Origin: a virus
Virus record (IMG/VR): IMGVR_UViG_3300023223_000669
Location: 32,001-96,000 of that record
DNA: 64,000 nucleotides
Direction: 5' to 3' (one strand)
Under the pieces are notes generated by a model that was not told the DNA's origin, did no database searches, and saw nothing but the letters and a program-made list of their open reading frames with translations. This document shows, in pieces, positions 52,792-63,873 of the stretch (position 1 is its first letter; each line of letters opens with the position of its first letter). Made by a program: the position numbers and the translations under genes.

Positions 52792-53979
52792 ATGTCTGTC
52801 CAAGAGAACATCAATAGGTTATTGTGGGATAGGAGACTCGTGCTATTTCCACAAGAACTGGAAGTACCCGATGGTCTAGAGTATGTCGTGCTCAAAGACC
52901 TCTCTCTGGACGACCGTAACTACTATCTCTTCATTCGCGATCTAGAAGAAGCCAAGGCCCGCAAGGAGGGCGTCCCTACAGAGGGCGAACTCATGGAGAA
53001 AGCTCGTGCGGCGGGCTATTGGACTAAGGACGATGATGACATTCAGGAGAGGGCAGACGAGCATATCGCGTTCCTGGAGGCCGAGTTTGTTGCGAGAGCC
53101 AAATTCAAGTCGCGGCAAAATATCATTAAGCTCCAGTTAGAGGACGCTCATGCGAAGAAGGAATATGTTATTCGCAAGCGGAATGAGCTACGTCAGCGGA
53201 GTGCCGAGTACCTCGCCCACGAAATCGCGAGCTTCATGATGCTGAGGCGAGTCGCCCTCAGACCAAACAGCGAATTGCTTCTACCGGATGATTATACATA
53301 TCTGCATTTCAAGGAAGAATACATAGTATTTATGTTTTTCTTGATTCAAGAGATGATGTCAGAGGGGGCACTAGATATCGTTGATATCAGAGAGATGGCT
53401 CGTTCTACAGAGTGGCGTTTAACGTGGTCTCTCAGTCGGGAGAATCTTCCCGCCTTGTTTAATAGAACTATCGGTGATCTTAATATCAATCATAAGATGC
53501 TGATCTATTGGAGCAGAGTATATGACTCTGCTTTTGAAAGCACAGAAACCCCGGATGATGAAGTGATCAATGATGATATGAGATTTGATGAATGGTTAGC
53601 CAATCGTGACCTCGGAAGACGAGAAGACCATTCTGATTCCAAAACAGCACAGTGTCAGGAACATGGCCAGGTGCTTGACGGTGAGTATGTTGAGAAATGT
53701 GTTTGTGGTGCTAAGGCGTATAACCATGGGAAGGGACTTGGCGAACGTCGGATACATGCTGATCATTGTTTGTATGGCACGTTCCAGAGATACACACAAC
53801 AAGAGAAGGAAGCTACGGCCCGTAGAGTCTATGGTCGTAACTCAAAGAATATCCGCAAACTGATTGATACTGAGCAGCAACGCGTGTTACAGAAAGGCGA
53901 GATTGAAGAACAACATCTTCGCGGCAAGAAAACACGAGCCATGCTTGGTATGCCAACTAAGGTAATTAAAATCAAATGA
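52792..53979 (+). CDS. tail assembly chaperone-like protein
   Basis: position between tail tube and tape measure genes. Confidence 0.45.
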   Translation: MSVQENINRLLWDRRLVLFPQELEVPDGLEYVVLKDLSLDDRNYYLFIRDLEEAKARKEGVPTEGELMEKARAAGYWTKDDDDIQERADEHIAFLEAEFVARAKFKSRQNIIKLQLEDAHAKKEYVIRKRNELRQRSAEYLAHEIASFMMLRRVALRPNSELLLPDDYTYLHFKEEYIVFMFFLIQEMMSEGALDIVDIREMARSTEWRLTWSLSRENLPALFNRTIGDLNINHKMLIYWSRVYDSAFESTETPDDEVINDDMRFDEWLANRDLGRREDHSDSKTAQCQEHGQVLDGEYVEKCVCGAKAYNHGKGLGERRIHADHCLYGTFQRYTQQEKEATARRVYGRNSKNIRKLIDTEQQRVLQKGEIEEQHLRGKKTRAMLGMPTKVIKIK

Positions 53980-54527
53980 AGCACCCCTCAAGAGACCAGC
54001 TTATCAAGAGCATGGATCGTAGAGTGAAACATCTCATGATCCGTGTGCTGGAAAAATTCGAAGACAGATTCCCGGATCTAGATGAAACCCGGGAAGGACA
54101 GATTTTCAAGGGCGACCTCCGTAATGCATTCAACGATGTCATTCGTGCTCAACGTGATGAGATCCGAGACTACGAGGTTGACTATAGACCATTGAAACTG
54201 ACAGACGACAATATTCTCGCCATGACACAGACGTTCATGAGTGCTGTACAGAAGGTAGAATTTAGTTTTACTGATAATGGTCAACCATATATCATGTTTT
54301 ATGCTGATGAAAGTAACATTAAGGTTCTGGACGCCTTACGTGCTGAGCTTGAAGCTGGTGTGGTAACGCGTAGCGATAACGATGCCGTTTTCTCTATTGT
54401 TGGAGTCAAAGCTTGTATCGATAGTGTACTACCCTGTATGGACAAATACAGACTCCACGCTAAAGTTCATGCGGAGTATGTAGTTTGGCGTCAGGAAGTA
54501 GTACGTATGTATTTTCATGAACAATAA
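53976..54527 (+). CDS. hypothetical protein
   Basis: ATGA overlap. Confidence 0.6.
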   Translation: MKHPSRDQLIKSMDRRVKHLMIRVLEKFEDRFPDLDETREGQIFKGDLRNAFNDVIRAQRDEIRDYEVDYRPLKLTDDNILAMTQTFMSAVQKVEFSFTDNGQPYIMFYADESNIKVLDALRAELEAGVVTRSDNDAVFSIVGVKACIDSVLPCMDKYRLHAKVHAEYVVWRQEVVRMYFHEQ

Positions 54528-54987
54528 AATTAAACAGCGATTTTGGGCGAAAGTTGATAAGGCGTCCAGCACCGATGGCTGTTGGTGTTGGATTGGTTCT
54601 AAGACCGTTCAGGGATATGGTCAGATGAGGATTTGTGGTAAGCAGATTTATGCTCATCGTCTCATTTTTGATATACTTGGTCTGTCCTTAGATCCTGAAC
54701 TTTGTGTACTACATAAGTGTGACAATCGTTCTTGTGTGAATCCTGAGCATCTCTTTCAGGGTACACGTTCTGATAATGCACGCGATATGAAACTTAAAGG
54801 CCGGGCTCGTGGAGCTGATGGTTCTAAAAACTATAACGCGAAGCTATCAGAAGCGAACGTCATTACCATTAGAGTTTTATTGGAGCAAGGAATGACACAT
54901 CAAGCGATTGCTGATCGCTTCGATGTTAGTCGTACGACAGTGACAAATATCAGTAATAACCGCATTTGGCGGTGTGTGAGGAGCTAG
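54517..54987 (+). CDS. HNH endonuclease (HNH_3 type; related to 9428-9877)
   Basis: CWCWIG...AHRL...VLHKCDNRSCVNPEHL. Confidence 0.9.
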   Translation: MNNKIKQRFWAKVDKASSTDGCWCWIGSKTVQGYGQMRICGKQIYAHRLIFDILGLSLDPELCVLHKCDNRSCVNPEHLFQGTRSDNARDMKLKGRARGADGSKNYNAKLSEANVITIRVLLEQGMTHQAIADRFDVSRTTVTNISNNRIWRCVRS

Positions 54988-54989
54988 GT

Positions 54990-55769
54990 ATGGTAGAACG
55001 AGAATTCAAGGCAATCGATCGACACGGAAATCCGGTCGATTTCGAGCTAAAACGGCCCGAAGTGAACGAGGAGCATGAAGGCGAACGTCAGTATCGGATC
55101 GCTTACAGTAAGGCCCTTGTGGAAGGTGTTTTCCCTAGGGAAAAACTCAGGGAAATCATGCGAGAACACGGGATGTGGACTGAGGACGATGACTCTGAAC
55201 TTAAGAAAACTGTAGGGAAAATCGCACTATCTCAGATCGATCTCAAGAACGCAGAGGCCGCAGGGGACGACAAGGGATGCATGAAGGCCGCCACGACTAT
55301 TTCTGAGGCACGTCTTCGCATGTGGGAGCTGTTCTTAGTGCAGCAGAGTGTCTATATGAACTCTGCCGAGGGTGTAGCTGAGATGGTCAAGACAGAAGCC
55401 ATCATGGCTTCTTGCACCCTTTTAAAAGTTACTGGTCAACGCTATTGGGAGAACTATAGTGACTATGTGCGTGAGCGTGACTTAAATACTAAGTCTACAG
55501 TGTACGCTCATGTTATTGAAAAACAAGCGAAGATCCTAGATGACGCCCGCAAGGGTTTGATGTCTGATTATCCAGAGTATCAGTATCTCAAGACTACTGA
55601 GGATCGTATGTTAGATCGTGAACTACAGGAGGAGGTTGCGAAGGAACTATATGGTCGTGCCGAAGCGGCGATTGAAGCTGATAAGGCAAAGAAGCCCGTG
55701 AGAAAGAAGCGTAAGAAGGTGGGGAAGAAACGTGGTAATAGGGTGGAAACTAATACTAAAAAGTCCTAG
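54990..55769 (+). CDS. tail assembly chaperone-like protein
   Basis: position; shares GxWTxDDD motif with 52792 ORF. Confidence 0.45.
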   Translation: MVEREFKAIDRHGNPVDFELKRPEVNEEHEGERQYRIAYSKALVEGVFPREKLREIMREHGMWTEDDDSELKKTVGKIALSQIDLKNAEAAGDDKGCMKAATTISEARLRMWELFLVQQSVYMNSAEGVAEMVKTEAIMASCTLLKVTGQRYWENYSDYVRERDLNTKSTVYAHVIEKQAKILDDARKGLMSDYPEYQYLKTTEDRMLDRELQEEVAKELYGRAEAAIEADKAKKPVRKKRKKVGKKRGNRVETNTKKS

Positions 55770-56382
55770 AAAGGGCATTACAGGTAGACTGAATCGAGCG
55801 GTTAACTTTGTTTTAGTCGATCTTGATAAATGGATTAAGACAACATTCGTCAAGGCTCTTGTACATGGGGGCCTTGGTATTGAGGGTATCAGGGAGACTC
55901 CTTTCTACAAGTTTATCTCCAGTCCGGAGGGCCTAAGCCAGCTTGGCATTGAGCCTACGGAGCCGCCCAAGCTTTTGAAGGCGTACGAGCGTACTATTAA
56001 AGTATCTCGTAAAGGTCGTCAACTTATATTAAGATTCGGTGACGTAGCTTTGTTGAAGTTGGCAACTCCGCATCCGGCAAGGGGTACGGGCAACCTACAG
56101 GTTCAATCGTGGTTAGAGTGGATTGTTGACGACGTGAACGTTGGACGCGGTTTTGTTCCGCGTGAGCGTATACCTTCGGGGGCGGATAAAGCTATACGTC
56201 TTGGCCAACCTCTTGGTGGTTTGATGCTTCCTCGGGGAGCGTTGGGTAGTTCTGGCCTATGGCGATTTCCAGTCCAATTACAAGATTATGAACGTGCATG
56301 GTTGAAAGGCAATGTAAAGAGTATTGAACAAGCACTTCTAGCGAAGATGGTCGAATTACTAGTGAAGAGAGCCAATGGCTAA
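55732..56382 (+). CDS. hypothetical tail-region protein
   Basis: ORF before tape measure gene; start uncertain. Confidence 0.55.
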   Translation: MVIGWKLILKSPRKGITGRLNRAVNFVLVDLDKWIKTTFVKALVHGGLGIEGIRETPFYKFISSPEGLSQLGIEPTEPPKLLKAYERTIKVSRKGRQLILRFGDVALLKLATPHPARGTGNLQVQSWLEWIVDDVNVGRGFVPRERIPSGADKAIRLGQPLGGLMLPRGALGSSGLWRFPVQLQDYERAWLKGNVKSIEQALLAKMVELLVKRANG

Positions 56383-59300
56383 GATCCAACTAGAAGCTAT
56401 TCTAAAGCTGGTTGACGTACAGATCAATCCTGCTGTGTTCCGCAAAATCAGCCAGGCTGTTGCGGGCATGCCTGCTTCATTGGGTAAGACCAACGTGCAG
56501 CTTAGGAAAGCTAGCACGAGTACTAAGGCTCTAAATCGTAACCTTCAGAAAACAAAGCAAACACTTTCGAATAACGAACGTGCGGCCCGTCTGTTCTTGC
56601 AGCGTATGGCCCAGTTTGCAATTCTGCTTCCAACGTTCGCCACTCTTAACCGTGCCATTCAGGGTAGTGTTAAATTCCTGTTTGAGTTCGATAGTGCTCT
56701 GCGAGATATTATCCGAATTGATATCTCTGGTTTGTCAGACCGCATGGAAGAGGTTGGTGATGCAGCCCTACGAACTGCGGTTAATTTTGGAGTAACCGCT
56801 ACTGAAGTTCTAGGCGTTACTCGTATTTTCAAGCAAGCTGGCTTTACGATTGAAGAATCTCAGGCCAAGGCTGAAGCGGCTATTTTAGCGACTCAAATTT
56901 CGACGCTTTCGTCTGCCCAAGCGGTTGAGGTTTTCATTGCGGCCGCCAAGCAGTTCGGTGCTGAAGGCGAGAATGCGGTTGAAGTGCTGGATCGTCTAGC
57001 GAGGGTTGAAGACCTTGCTGCCGTCAATGCCTCTGATGTGGCCGACGCCTTTAGAACCGGTGGTAACGCTCTTGCTGAATTCTCTGGTAGTATTGATGAT
57101 TCGATTGGTCTGATCGCCGCCTTGAGAGAGCAAAGTCGTAAGTCTGGTAGAGAAATTGGTACGTTCTTCAAGACTATTCAAACGCGTGTGTTTGCCGTTG
57201 GTGAAGCTCGTTCTGCTGTTGAAGCTCTTGGTATTCAAATTGAAAATCTTAATGGTACATTGCGTCCAACCTTGGATGTCTTCAATGATTTGAAGAAACG
57301 ATTTGATGGTTTGACTCAAGCACAGCGGACTAACGCCGCTAAAGGGATTGCTGGTATCCGTCAGTTTGAATCTCTCTTGGCCGTTTTGAATTCGCTTGAT
57401 AGGGCAAATGAACTGGCTGCGGCATCGTCTAAGGCCGCTGGTACCGCCGAAGAGAAGCGTTTGATTACGGACGCTAAACTTGAGCGTCAGCTTGGTAAGT
57501 TGATTGCCCAAGGTCAGGCTCTTGCGGAAGCCCTTGGTGATGCTGGTTTGGAAGATAGTCTTGCTGGCGTTTTGAAAATTGCTACGGGTCTCCTCTTTAT
57601 ATTCACGAGGCTGGTAGATGTTATTGGTGATATTGGCGGTAGCCTTGTTCCCCTATTGGCTCTTGGCGGTATCACGCTTGGTCGTAGTGTCTTTGGTTTG
57701 GCTGCGGCCGGTGCGGGCAAATTGGGAGGTAAAGTTGGTGGAACCGCTGGTACTACGCCGGTAGGTGGCGGTGCTCAACCTGGCCGGGTGGATCCGTTCA
57801 CCGGGGTACTCGCACGATCAATCACTAAAACTGCAAGCAAGGTAGAGAGTTTTGGCAAAACGATGACCCGTGTCAAGGATATTACAATAGCGGGTGCGAA
57901 AGCGACACAAGCACAAGTTACGAAGACGATTGCGGCCGGTCGAATTCAAGGCACGGGGTTTGTTGCTGCTATCGCTGCACGACGACAAAATACTAATGCG
58001 GTCAGAGAGAACATTGCTGCGTTAAAGGCTTCTAATGCGGCTCGCCTTGCAGAGAGGAAAGGCAAAGGTTTATTTGGCGGCGGTGTTGGTGGTACTGTTG
58101 CTTTGACCCTGCTTGGTACCGCCCTCCCGGCAGCCCTTACTGGTGTTGTCGCACAATTGCGTAAGGTTGATGGCCTTCTTGCTCAGACCAGTGCTAGTAT
58201 TCTTGATGTCAGTAAGAATGGTCTTGGACTTGCTGCTCAATTTGCCATTCTTGGCGGTAAAGCTTCTGCTGTTGCTGGAGCGTTTGGTATTGTACAATCG
58301 GCTGCGATAATTCTTATTGATTCTTTCAAGGATGAGGCGGCGGCCCGCGATGAACTGCGTGAGGGTATTAAAAATCAAAATAAAGAGATAGAGGCTCGTG
58401 CTAAGTTAGCTTCTAAAACTGATGTAGGCGAAGATTTTACAGCAAATCTTTTTGATGTTATTGCCCGTGGTGTTCGTGGTCGTGAAACTGGAGCTGAGAT
58501 GGTTGCTGGCCAGCAACAAATTTTTGCAGAACTTGGTAGGCAGATTGGAGCGACGGGAGAGCAAGCTGCTAAGATTTTCTTGGAGAAAGCAACTGCCGAA
58601 ATTAGTAAAGCAGATTTGAGTCCTGAGAAGTTGGGATTTGGTGGTCTTGTTAAACTTGCTGTTGAACTTCAAAGCGGCAATTTCTCTGGTCTTGCTGACC
58701 AGACTGTATCATCTACTCGTGGTCTTAGCAAACTTGTTGGTGAACTTAAAAAAGGCGAAGCTGGTTTTGTTGCCAATGTCAGGGCTCAGAAAGATCTACT
58801 GAGGGCTCGTGCTGAAGAAAATGGCACGTTAATAGAAGCGGAACAACTTATTGCTCGGGTTGAGGCAGGTACTATTTCTGGTCTTGGAGCTTTCTCCGCT
58901 CTTAAATCGATTTTAGATGATACGACTCGTGCTACGAATGCCGCCACTGGGGCTTTTGAGATCGTTGAAATATCCTTTAAACAATTTGAAAAGGTACAAA
59001 AAATTCGTGGTTTTGCAGATAGTATTCGTACATTAGGATTCGAATTGGAGTTGGCTAAACTTGGTCCTGATGCATTGTCTGATTCTCTTGTTCGTCTGAC
59101 ACAAAAGTTCTTGTTGACTGAACGTGAATCTACAAACGCTATCGATCGTCTGACAGACGAGATGAATGTTCTATTCCAGAATTTAGGAAGTGAGTTTACA
59201 GTGGGCCTCAATCCCGCTGGCGTATCTGCGGCTGAATTCTTTCAAGTTATCAAGGATGGTGTTGCAGGTATTGACGTTGACAAAGTGAAGAAATTTGAAG

Positions 59301-61813
59301 ATCTTATTTTTAATCCGGATCCAACAGCATTTTCAAAACTTGAAAAAGCACAACAGGCAGGTGCTCTTAAGATTCTGAGAAATCTTAAAGCACGAATGCA
59401 GGAAGAACTTAAGATCACGGATGCAGGAAACGCACTTCAGAAAGAGCAGAGTTCTCAACGTAAAACTTTGCTGGAATCAGAAGCTAGGTCTGCTCAGGAT
59501 GCTTTTGCTGCTACTGCAATGTTCAATGCGGAATTGGTCAAGTTTGGTAATACTGTCAATACTCAGGTTTTGGCTGCCTTCCAAAATATTGGTTTGGCTG
59601 ACGTAGAGACCGTATTGGCTGGTGGTGAGTCTGAGCTTAGTGAGGCGGTGCAGAATTTGATCCGTAATGCGTTTGCTGATCCTGTGGCGAAAGCTCAGGT
59701 GGAACTACAAGCCGTGACAGCTAGTACCGAAGCTGAGTTACGTATTTTGGCTAGAGAGCTAGCTATGGTGGAAGAGAGCTTGGCAAGTGAAGCCGTTGCT
59801 GCCCAGAGAACTACTTTAGCGTCTCAGAAGCGTGCTATTGAATTGAAAATCGAAACGACTAAACAGGAAGGTGCGATTAGTGCCACCGATGCTAAGATTA
59901 AAGTTTTGGAGTCTGAACAAGAAGCAGCGGAAGACGCTATTGAAGCAGAAAAGAAACATGCTGATCTGCTAGAGAAATTAGCTGATGCCTCTCGTGCTTT
60001 TGCTCAAGAGCTTAAAGATGTCGAGCGTGCTTTCCAGGAGTTCTCTGAGGAAAAGATTGCTGATCTATTAGGCGACGAAACCGATGCTCGTAATGATCTC
60101 AAAGAAGCTCAACAAGGGGTTTTGGAATCAACGGCCGCCGTTGCTGATGCATATGACAATCTCATTAGAGCCCAACTAGAATTCAATGGTGCCATGGCTG
60201 AGGCTCAAATCAAGAGCAATCAGTTAGCACGCGATATTGCTATTCTGACAGGGGAAATCTTCACGTTTGATGGCCGACTTGCGTCTCTTGGTAATGCGTT
60301 TAGAGATGTGCTCAGTAAGTCGAACATCACGCTAGAGAAACGTATTGATCTGGAGCGTCAGCTTGCAGAGGAAACGCTATCCTTCTTGCAGCAGGCCAAG
60401 GAAGAGATCATTGGTGCTGGCTTGGGTATCTTTGGCCAGACAGGTGCAGAGAATCAAGCTCTTGGTCAGGGTATCGCTGGCCTACAGCTAGTAGCAGACA
60501 CATTGGGCGGATCGTTTGAAGCATTCTTGAACCTAACCCAAGGTGAACTATCTAGTGTCACAGAGAATCTACTAGCCCTTCCTGCTGAGTTCAGACAGCA
60601 GATTCTTGCTGCTCTGTCATTCTTGCCTAGTACAGTCAGTGTCGGTGGCTTCAGTCCTGAGCAATTGCGAGAGGCTATTGGCCAAGTTGGTGCTGGTGTG
60701 GCTCCTGAAGAGGGTCTACCGTCTATCGAAGAACTCAATAGTCAACAGGTTGAGCAACTGACTAAACTACAAGAGCTTGCGATTCAGGATGCTCAATTAC
60801 AGTTTGCTCAGGTACTTGCTGCCCAAGCACAACTGGCTGCGGCAGAAGAAGCAGCCGAAGCCGCAAAGCTACTAGAAGAACGTGCGACAGAAAATCTGGT
60901 GGCTGTGCGTGATGCTGTTCTTGAAGAGAAAGTCATTCTGGATCTTGCTAATCAACAGCGTGTTGAATTATTGAATGCGGTCATTGCGGCAGACGATAAG
61001 AACACGTTGCTTCAAATCGAAAGAGAGGCTCAATTGTTCGCAGAACAAAATGCTACATTCAGGGATATTGGTGATAACATTGTGCGTGGTATCGCTTCTG
61101 CCATCTCTGGGCGTCTTGCCGTTATCGAAGCTGCGGCCAATGTGAACAATGCATTTGCAGGACATATTCCTAATTTGTCTGGTGGCAGTTTGACGCCCAG
61201 AGAAGCCGCGTCTCTACTACGTGCTGGTGCTCGTGAAAAGCGAGCTATGCCTGGTGGAGCCGGTTTGGCCGTGGCCAACACCAGCGAAGCCATCATCCCG
61301 ATGCGGGCTGGGGGTTTCATGCCTAATTTCCAGGAGGGCACCAGTGAAATCTCTGCTGGCATCTCTGCTGTTAAGAATATCAATGAAACAGTGGTTGCTG
61401 CCATTGCTCGCTCTGTGACTGCGGCTTTGGCTGATCTACAAACCGGTGGTGCTGACACGGCAGAACTTTTGACAGAAGTTATAGCACAGCTCAGCTCTTT
61501 GAACAATACTAATGAGGACATCAAAGCCAGCAATGATACTGTAGCATCTAATACACAATCTGTGGATGCTGGTGGTACCGGTGGTGCAACAGGCGGTGCC
61601 CAAAGAGTGGAGATCACATTGCAGACCAACCAGAACAACCGTGTCAGTGTAACGGGCCTAGAGAACCTGAGAGCAGAACTAGAGGCGGCCGTGATGGAAA
61701 CAACAGCTCGCCAGGTGGATGATCAAGTATCTGCACTTTTCCAGCAGCTCGAAGACGTGGTACTCTCGCTTCAAGAGCGTGGCATGCTAACATCATTCGG
61801 TCAAACGAGGTAA
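56375..61813 (+). CDS. tail tape measure protein
   Basis: 1812 aa Ala/Glu/Leu-rich; TP901-type core (SGREIGTFFKTI), C-terminal GFMPNF. Confidence 0.9.
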   Translation: MAKIQLEAILKLVDVQINPAVFRKISQAVAGMPASLGKTNVQLRKASTSTKALNRNLQKTKQTLSNNERAARLFLQRMAQFAILLPTFATLNRAIQGSVKFLFEFDSALRDIIRIDISGLSDRMEEVGDAALRTAVNFGVTATEVLGVTRIFKQAGFTIEESQAKAEAAILATQISTLSSAQAVEVFIAAAKQFGAEGENAVEVLDRLARVEDLAAVNASDVADAFRTGGNALAEFSGSIDDSIGLIAALREQSRKSGREIGTFFKTIQTRVFAVGEARSAVEALGIQIENLNGTLRPTLDVFNDLKKRFDGLTQAQRTNAAKGIAGIRQFESLLAVLNSLDRANELAAASSKAAGTAEEKRLITDAKLERQLGKLIAQGQALAEALGDAGLEDSLAGVLKIATGLLFIFTRLVDVIGDIGGSLVPLLALGGITLGRSVFGLAAAGAGKLGGKVGGTAGTTPVGGGAQPGRVDPFTGVLARSITKTASKVESFGKTMTRVKDITIAGAKATQAQVTKTIAAGRIQGTGFVAAIAARRQNTNAVRENIAALKASNAARLAERKGKGLFGGGVGGTVALTLLGTALPAALTGVVAQLRKVDGLLAQTSASILDVSKNGLGLAAQFAILGGKASAVAGAFGIVQSAAIILIDSFKDEAAARDELREGIKNQNKEIEARAKLASKTDVGEDFTANLFDVIARGVRGRETGAEMVAGQQQIFAELGRQIGATGEQAAKIFLEKATAEISKADLSPEKLGFGGLVKLAVELQSGNFSGLADQTVSSTRGLSKLVGELKKGEAGFVANVRAQKDLLRARAEENGTLIEAEQLIARVEAGTISGLGAFSALKSILDDTTRATNAATGAFEIVEISFKQFEKVQKIRGFADSIRTLGFELELAKLGPDALSDSLVRLTQKFLLTERESTNAIDRLTDEMNVLFQNLGSEFTVGLNPAGVSAAEFFQVIKDGVAGIDVDKVKKFEDLIFNPDPTAFSKLEKAQQAGALKILRNLKARMQEELKITDAGNALQKEQSSQRKTLLESEARSAQDAFAATAMFNAELVKFGNTVNTQVLAAFQNIGLADVETVLAGGESELSEAVQNLIRNAFADPVAKAQVELQAVTASTEAELRILARELAMVEESLASEAVAAQRTTLASQKRAIELKIETTKQEGAISATDAKIKVLESEQEAAEDAIEAEKKHADLLEKLADASRAFAQELKDVERAFQEFSEEKIADLLGDETDARNDLKEAQQGVLESTAAVADAYDNLIRAQLEFNGAMAEAQIKSNQLARDIAILTGEIFTFDGRLASLGNAFRDVLSKSNITLEKRIDLERQLAEETLSFLQQAKEEIIGAGLGIFGQTGAENQALGQGIAGLQLVADTLGGSFEAFLNLTQGELSSVTENLLALPAEFRQQILAALSFLPSTVSVGGFSPEQLREAIGQVGAGVAPEEGLPSIEELNSQQVEQLTKLQELAIQDAQLQFAQVLAAQAQLAAAEEAAEAAKLLEERATENLVAVRDAVLEEKVILDLANQQRVELLNAVIAADDKNTLLQIEREAQLFAEQNATFRDIGDNIVRGIASAISGRLAVIEAAANVNNAFAGHIPNLSGGSLTPREAASLLRAGAREKRAMPGGAGLAVANTSEAIIPMRAGGFMPNFQEGTSEISAGISAVKNINETVVAAIARSVTAALADLQTGGADTAELLTEVIAQLSSLNNTNEDIKASNDTVASNTQSVDAGGTGGATGGAQRVEITLQTNQNNRVSVTGLENLRAELEAAVMETTARQVDDQVSALFQQLEDVVLSLQERGMLTSFGQTR

Positions 61814-61816
61814 GCC

Positions 61817-63319
61817 ATGAACGTACTATCTGAAGTCCCGAGACCGCCCTTGGCAGCAGTTGTTGTTCAATACAACGGCTGTGTGCTAACGCCCGCACCG
61901 CTGATTGATTGGACAGTAGAGCCCCAGTTTAGTGGTAGTGGTACGCGTCTTGCGGATCTCAACCGTCTGACGCTGACGGGTACGATTCTTGTATCACCCT
62001 CGGGTAGTTATGAGCAGATGTATGTTAAGCAGGAAGAACTGCGTACCGCATTCTCTGTTGACGAAAAAGACTTTGTTATTCTGGCTGGTCCTGCCAATAA
62101 GAGCCTAGCCGAAGGGACTGTTATCTGTTCTGGTTTGAAACCAAAGGTCACCAGTCTCAATATTCCGGCAGACACTCAGTTCATTCGTATTGACTACACG
62201 ATTGAGCTGGAAGACCTAGTTGCTGCCTCTGGTGTCACGAACGTTACATCTAGCCTAACTGATCAATGGTCGTTCACGGAAGATCCTGATTCCTGCACAG
62301 TCAATGTTTCCCACCAAGTTAGTGCTGAAGGTGTCGATGGAGAAACGGATAAGTTTGAACAGGCCCGACGTGCCGTTAAATCCCGTCTTGGCATTGACAA
62401 GCTTCCACTCAGTATCCCATGCTTTGTGGAGCCGAACGCATCGGGCCTATTCGGATTTACTCATCCAGCAGTAGCCGGTGGCGGGCCCATTTTCGAAGTA
62501 TCGGTTCAACGTGAAGAAGTAGCTGATGTTGTCAATGGTACCTATTCTGCTACTGAAATATTCACTATTGTTAGTGGTGTACCATTCTTCTTCACACAAC
62601 GCACGGAAGCATTTGAAGAAGGTGAGGATGGTGTAGCTAACGTTACGATTGCCGGGACGGTACAGGGGCTTGGTCGTACGGTACCCGATTTTCCACTTGG
62701 GGGAGTTGGTTTTGAACGTGCTTGTTCTGGGTTCGTCAATACTGTGCGTCCACAGTTACAGTGGGACGCCTCTGGTGTATATGAAAAATACAAACAGGGT
62801 GTTTCTATTAGTGGTTTGGCCCTGTCGAAACCTACGGCATTCTCTACTACACAAAACGTATGTCGTGGCACAATAGATTTTTCTATTACATTTACTGATG
62901 ACCTAACAGCTCATTTACCCAGTGGTATTGTAAACAGATCATGTAGTGTTGCAACCATAGAGGGTATCCGACTGTTTGCAAGCCACGCAATTCCATTCAG
63001 ACGACTTGGTAATATTGTTCAAGATATTAAGACATCAACAGAGGGCTCTATTTCCATTGTGTGTCAGGCACAGGCTAGAAGTACTGGCGACAACGCAGCA
63101 GACACCAATCGTGCTATCCAGTTTGTTCAAGATGAAATCAATAGGCTCAAGAATCAACATGCTAATCCCGCTGATTTTGTGACTTTGCGTATTGCCAATC
63201 TGAACCAACAGTTTAGTGATACTGATCTTACTAGTGCGGTTACACTTGATTTTGCCTTTACAGTCGATCTGGCAGCCGTGCCGAACGAGACTTCTGATAT
63301 TTCCCTGAGGACACTATAA
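61817..63319 (+). CDS. distal tail/baseplate protein
   Basis: immediately after tape measure gene; beta-rich. Confidence 0.55.
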   Translation: MNVLSEVPRPPLAAVVVQYNGCVLTPAPLIDWTVEPQFSGSGTRLADLNRLTLTGTILVSPSGSYEQMYVKQEELRTAFSVDEKDFVILAGPANKSLAEGTVICSGLKPKVTSLNIPADTQFIRIDYTIELEDLVAASGVTNVTSSLTDQWSFTEDPDSCTVNVSHQVSAEGVDGETDKFEQARRAVKSRLGIDKLPLSIPCFVEPNASGLFGFTHPAVAGGGPIFEVSVQREEVADVVNGTYSATEIFTIVSGVPFFFTQRTEAFEEGEDGVANVTIAGTVQGLGRTVPDFPLGGVGFERACSGFVNTVRPQLQWDASGVYEKYKQGVSISGLALSKPTAFSTTQNVCRGTIDFSITFTDDLTAHLPSGIVNRSCSVATIEGIRLFASHAIPFRRLGNIVQDIKTSTEGSISIVCQAQARSTGDNAADTNRAIQFVQDEINRLKNQHANPADFVTLRIANLNQQFSDTDLTSAVTLDFAFTVDLAAVPNETSDISLRTL

Positions 63320-63873
63320 TGGTTGACTTTCCCGATGTCGAATGGATACAACAGGATCCTGCTGTGGACCCTTCTGGATTCCGTGATGCCAAAACCGTAG
63401 GGTTCCTCAAGAATATTGATACATCTGCCGGTGGTGTATTAGATTATGGCCAGTTGAATACTACGGGCTCTGGTGCTATCACAGAAACAAATCTGGCCTA
63501 TGCCCGAGTGAATACTTTTGGTGATGCCAGTGGCGTATTCAACATGCGTGTATTTTTGACGAATGTTACTTCATGGGGAGCAGGTACATTCCGATTTTTG
63601 GAGCGTAAAGAATTACATTTCGTGCCTAGTCTAGTATTAGATTCATCTGCTGAAAACACACCAACGGTCGTACCAACAGCCGCGAATTTTCTTGGTACAA
63701 TCACGGAGCCTGAATTCCCATTGGGCAAAACATTGATGAGTGGTGTTTTAGATAATGATGCGAGTCAATATTTGCATGTGGCCGTTGAGGTAGGAGTTGA
63801 TGTTCCTATTGGTACGTATGGTGGTGCTGGTGCTGGTACATTCCGCTATAGACTTCTTTATGACTTCTCATAA
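63319..63873 (+). CDS. tail-region hypothetical protein
   Basis: TAATG coupling. Confidence 0.6.
   Translation: MVDFPDVEWIQQDPAVDPSGFRDAKTVGFLKNIDTSAGGVLDYGQLNTTGSGAITETNLAYARVNTFGDASGVFNMRVFLTNVTSWGAGTFRFLERKELHFVPSLVLDSSAENTPTVVPTAANFLGTITEPEFPLGKTLMSGVLDNDASQYLHVAVEVGVDVPIGTYGGAGAGTFRYRLLYDFS

Noticed and set aside
52792-56382. Programmed frameshift in tail chaperone genes
   Set aside because: No clear XXXYYYZ slippery site identified at the overlaps; junctions look like ordinary coupled starts.
283-63728. Numerous ORF-track entries antisense or off-frame to the called genes (e.g. 9162-9740, 9809-10375, 45815-46645, 61030-61638)
   Set aside because: Shadow ORFs with no recognisable motifs, overlapping better-supported genes.
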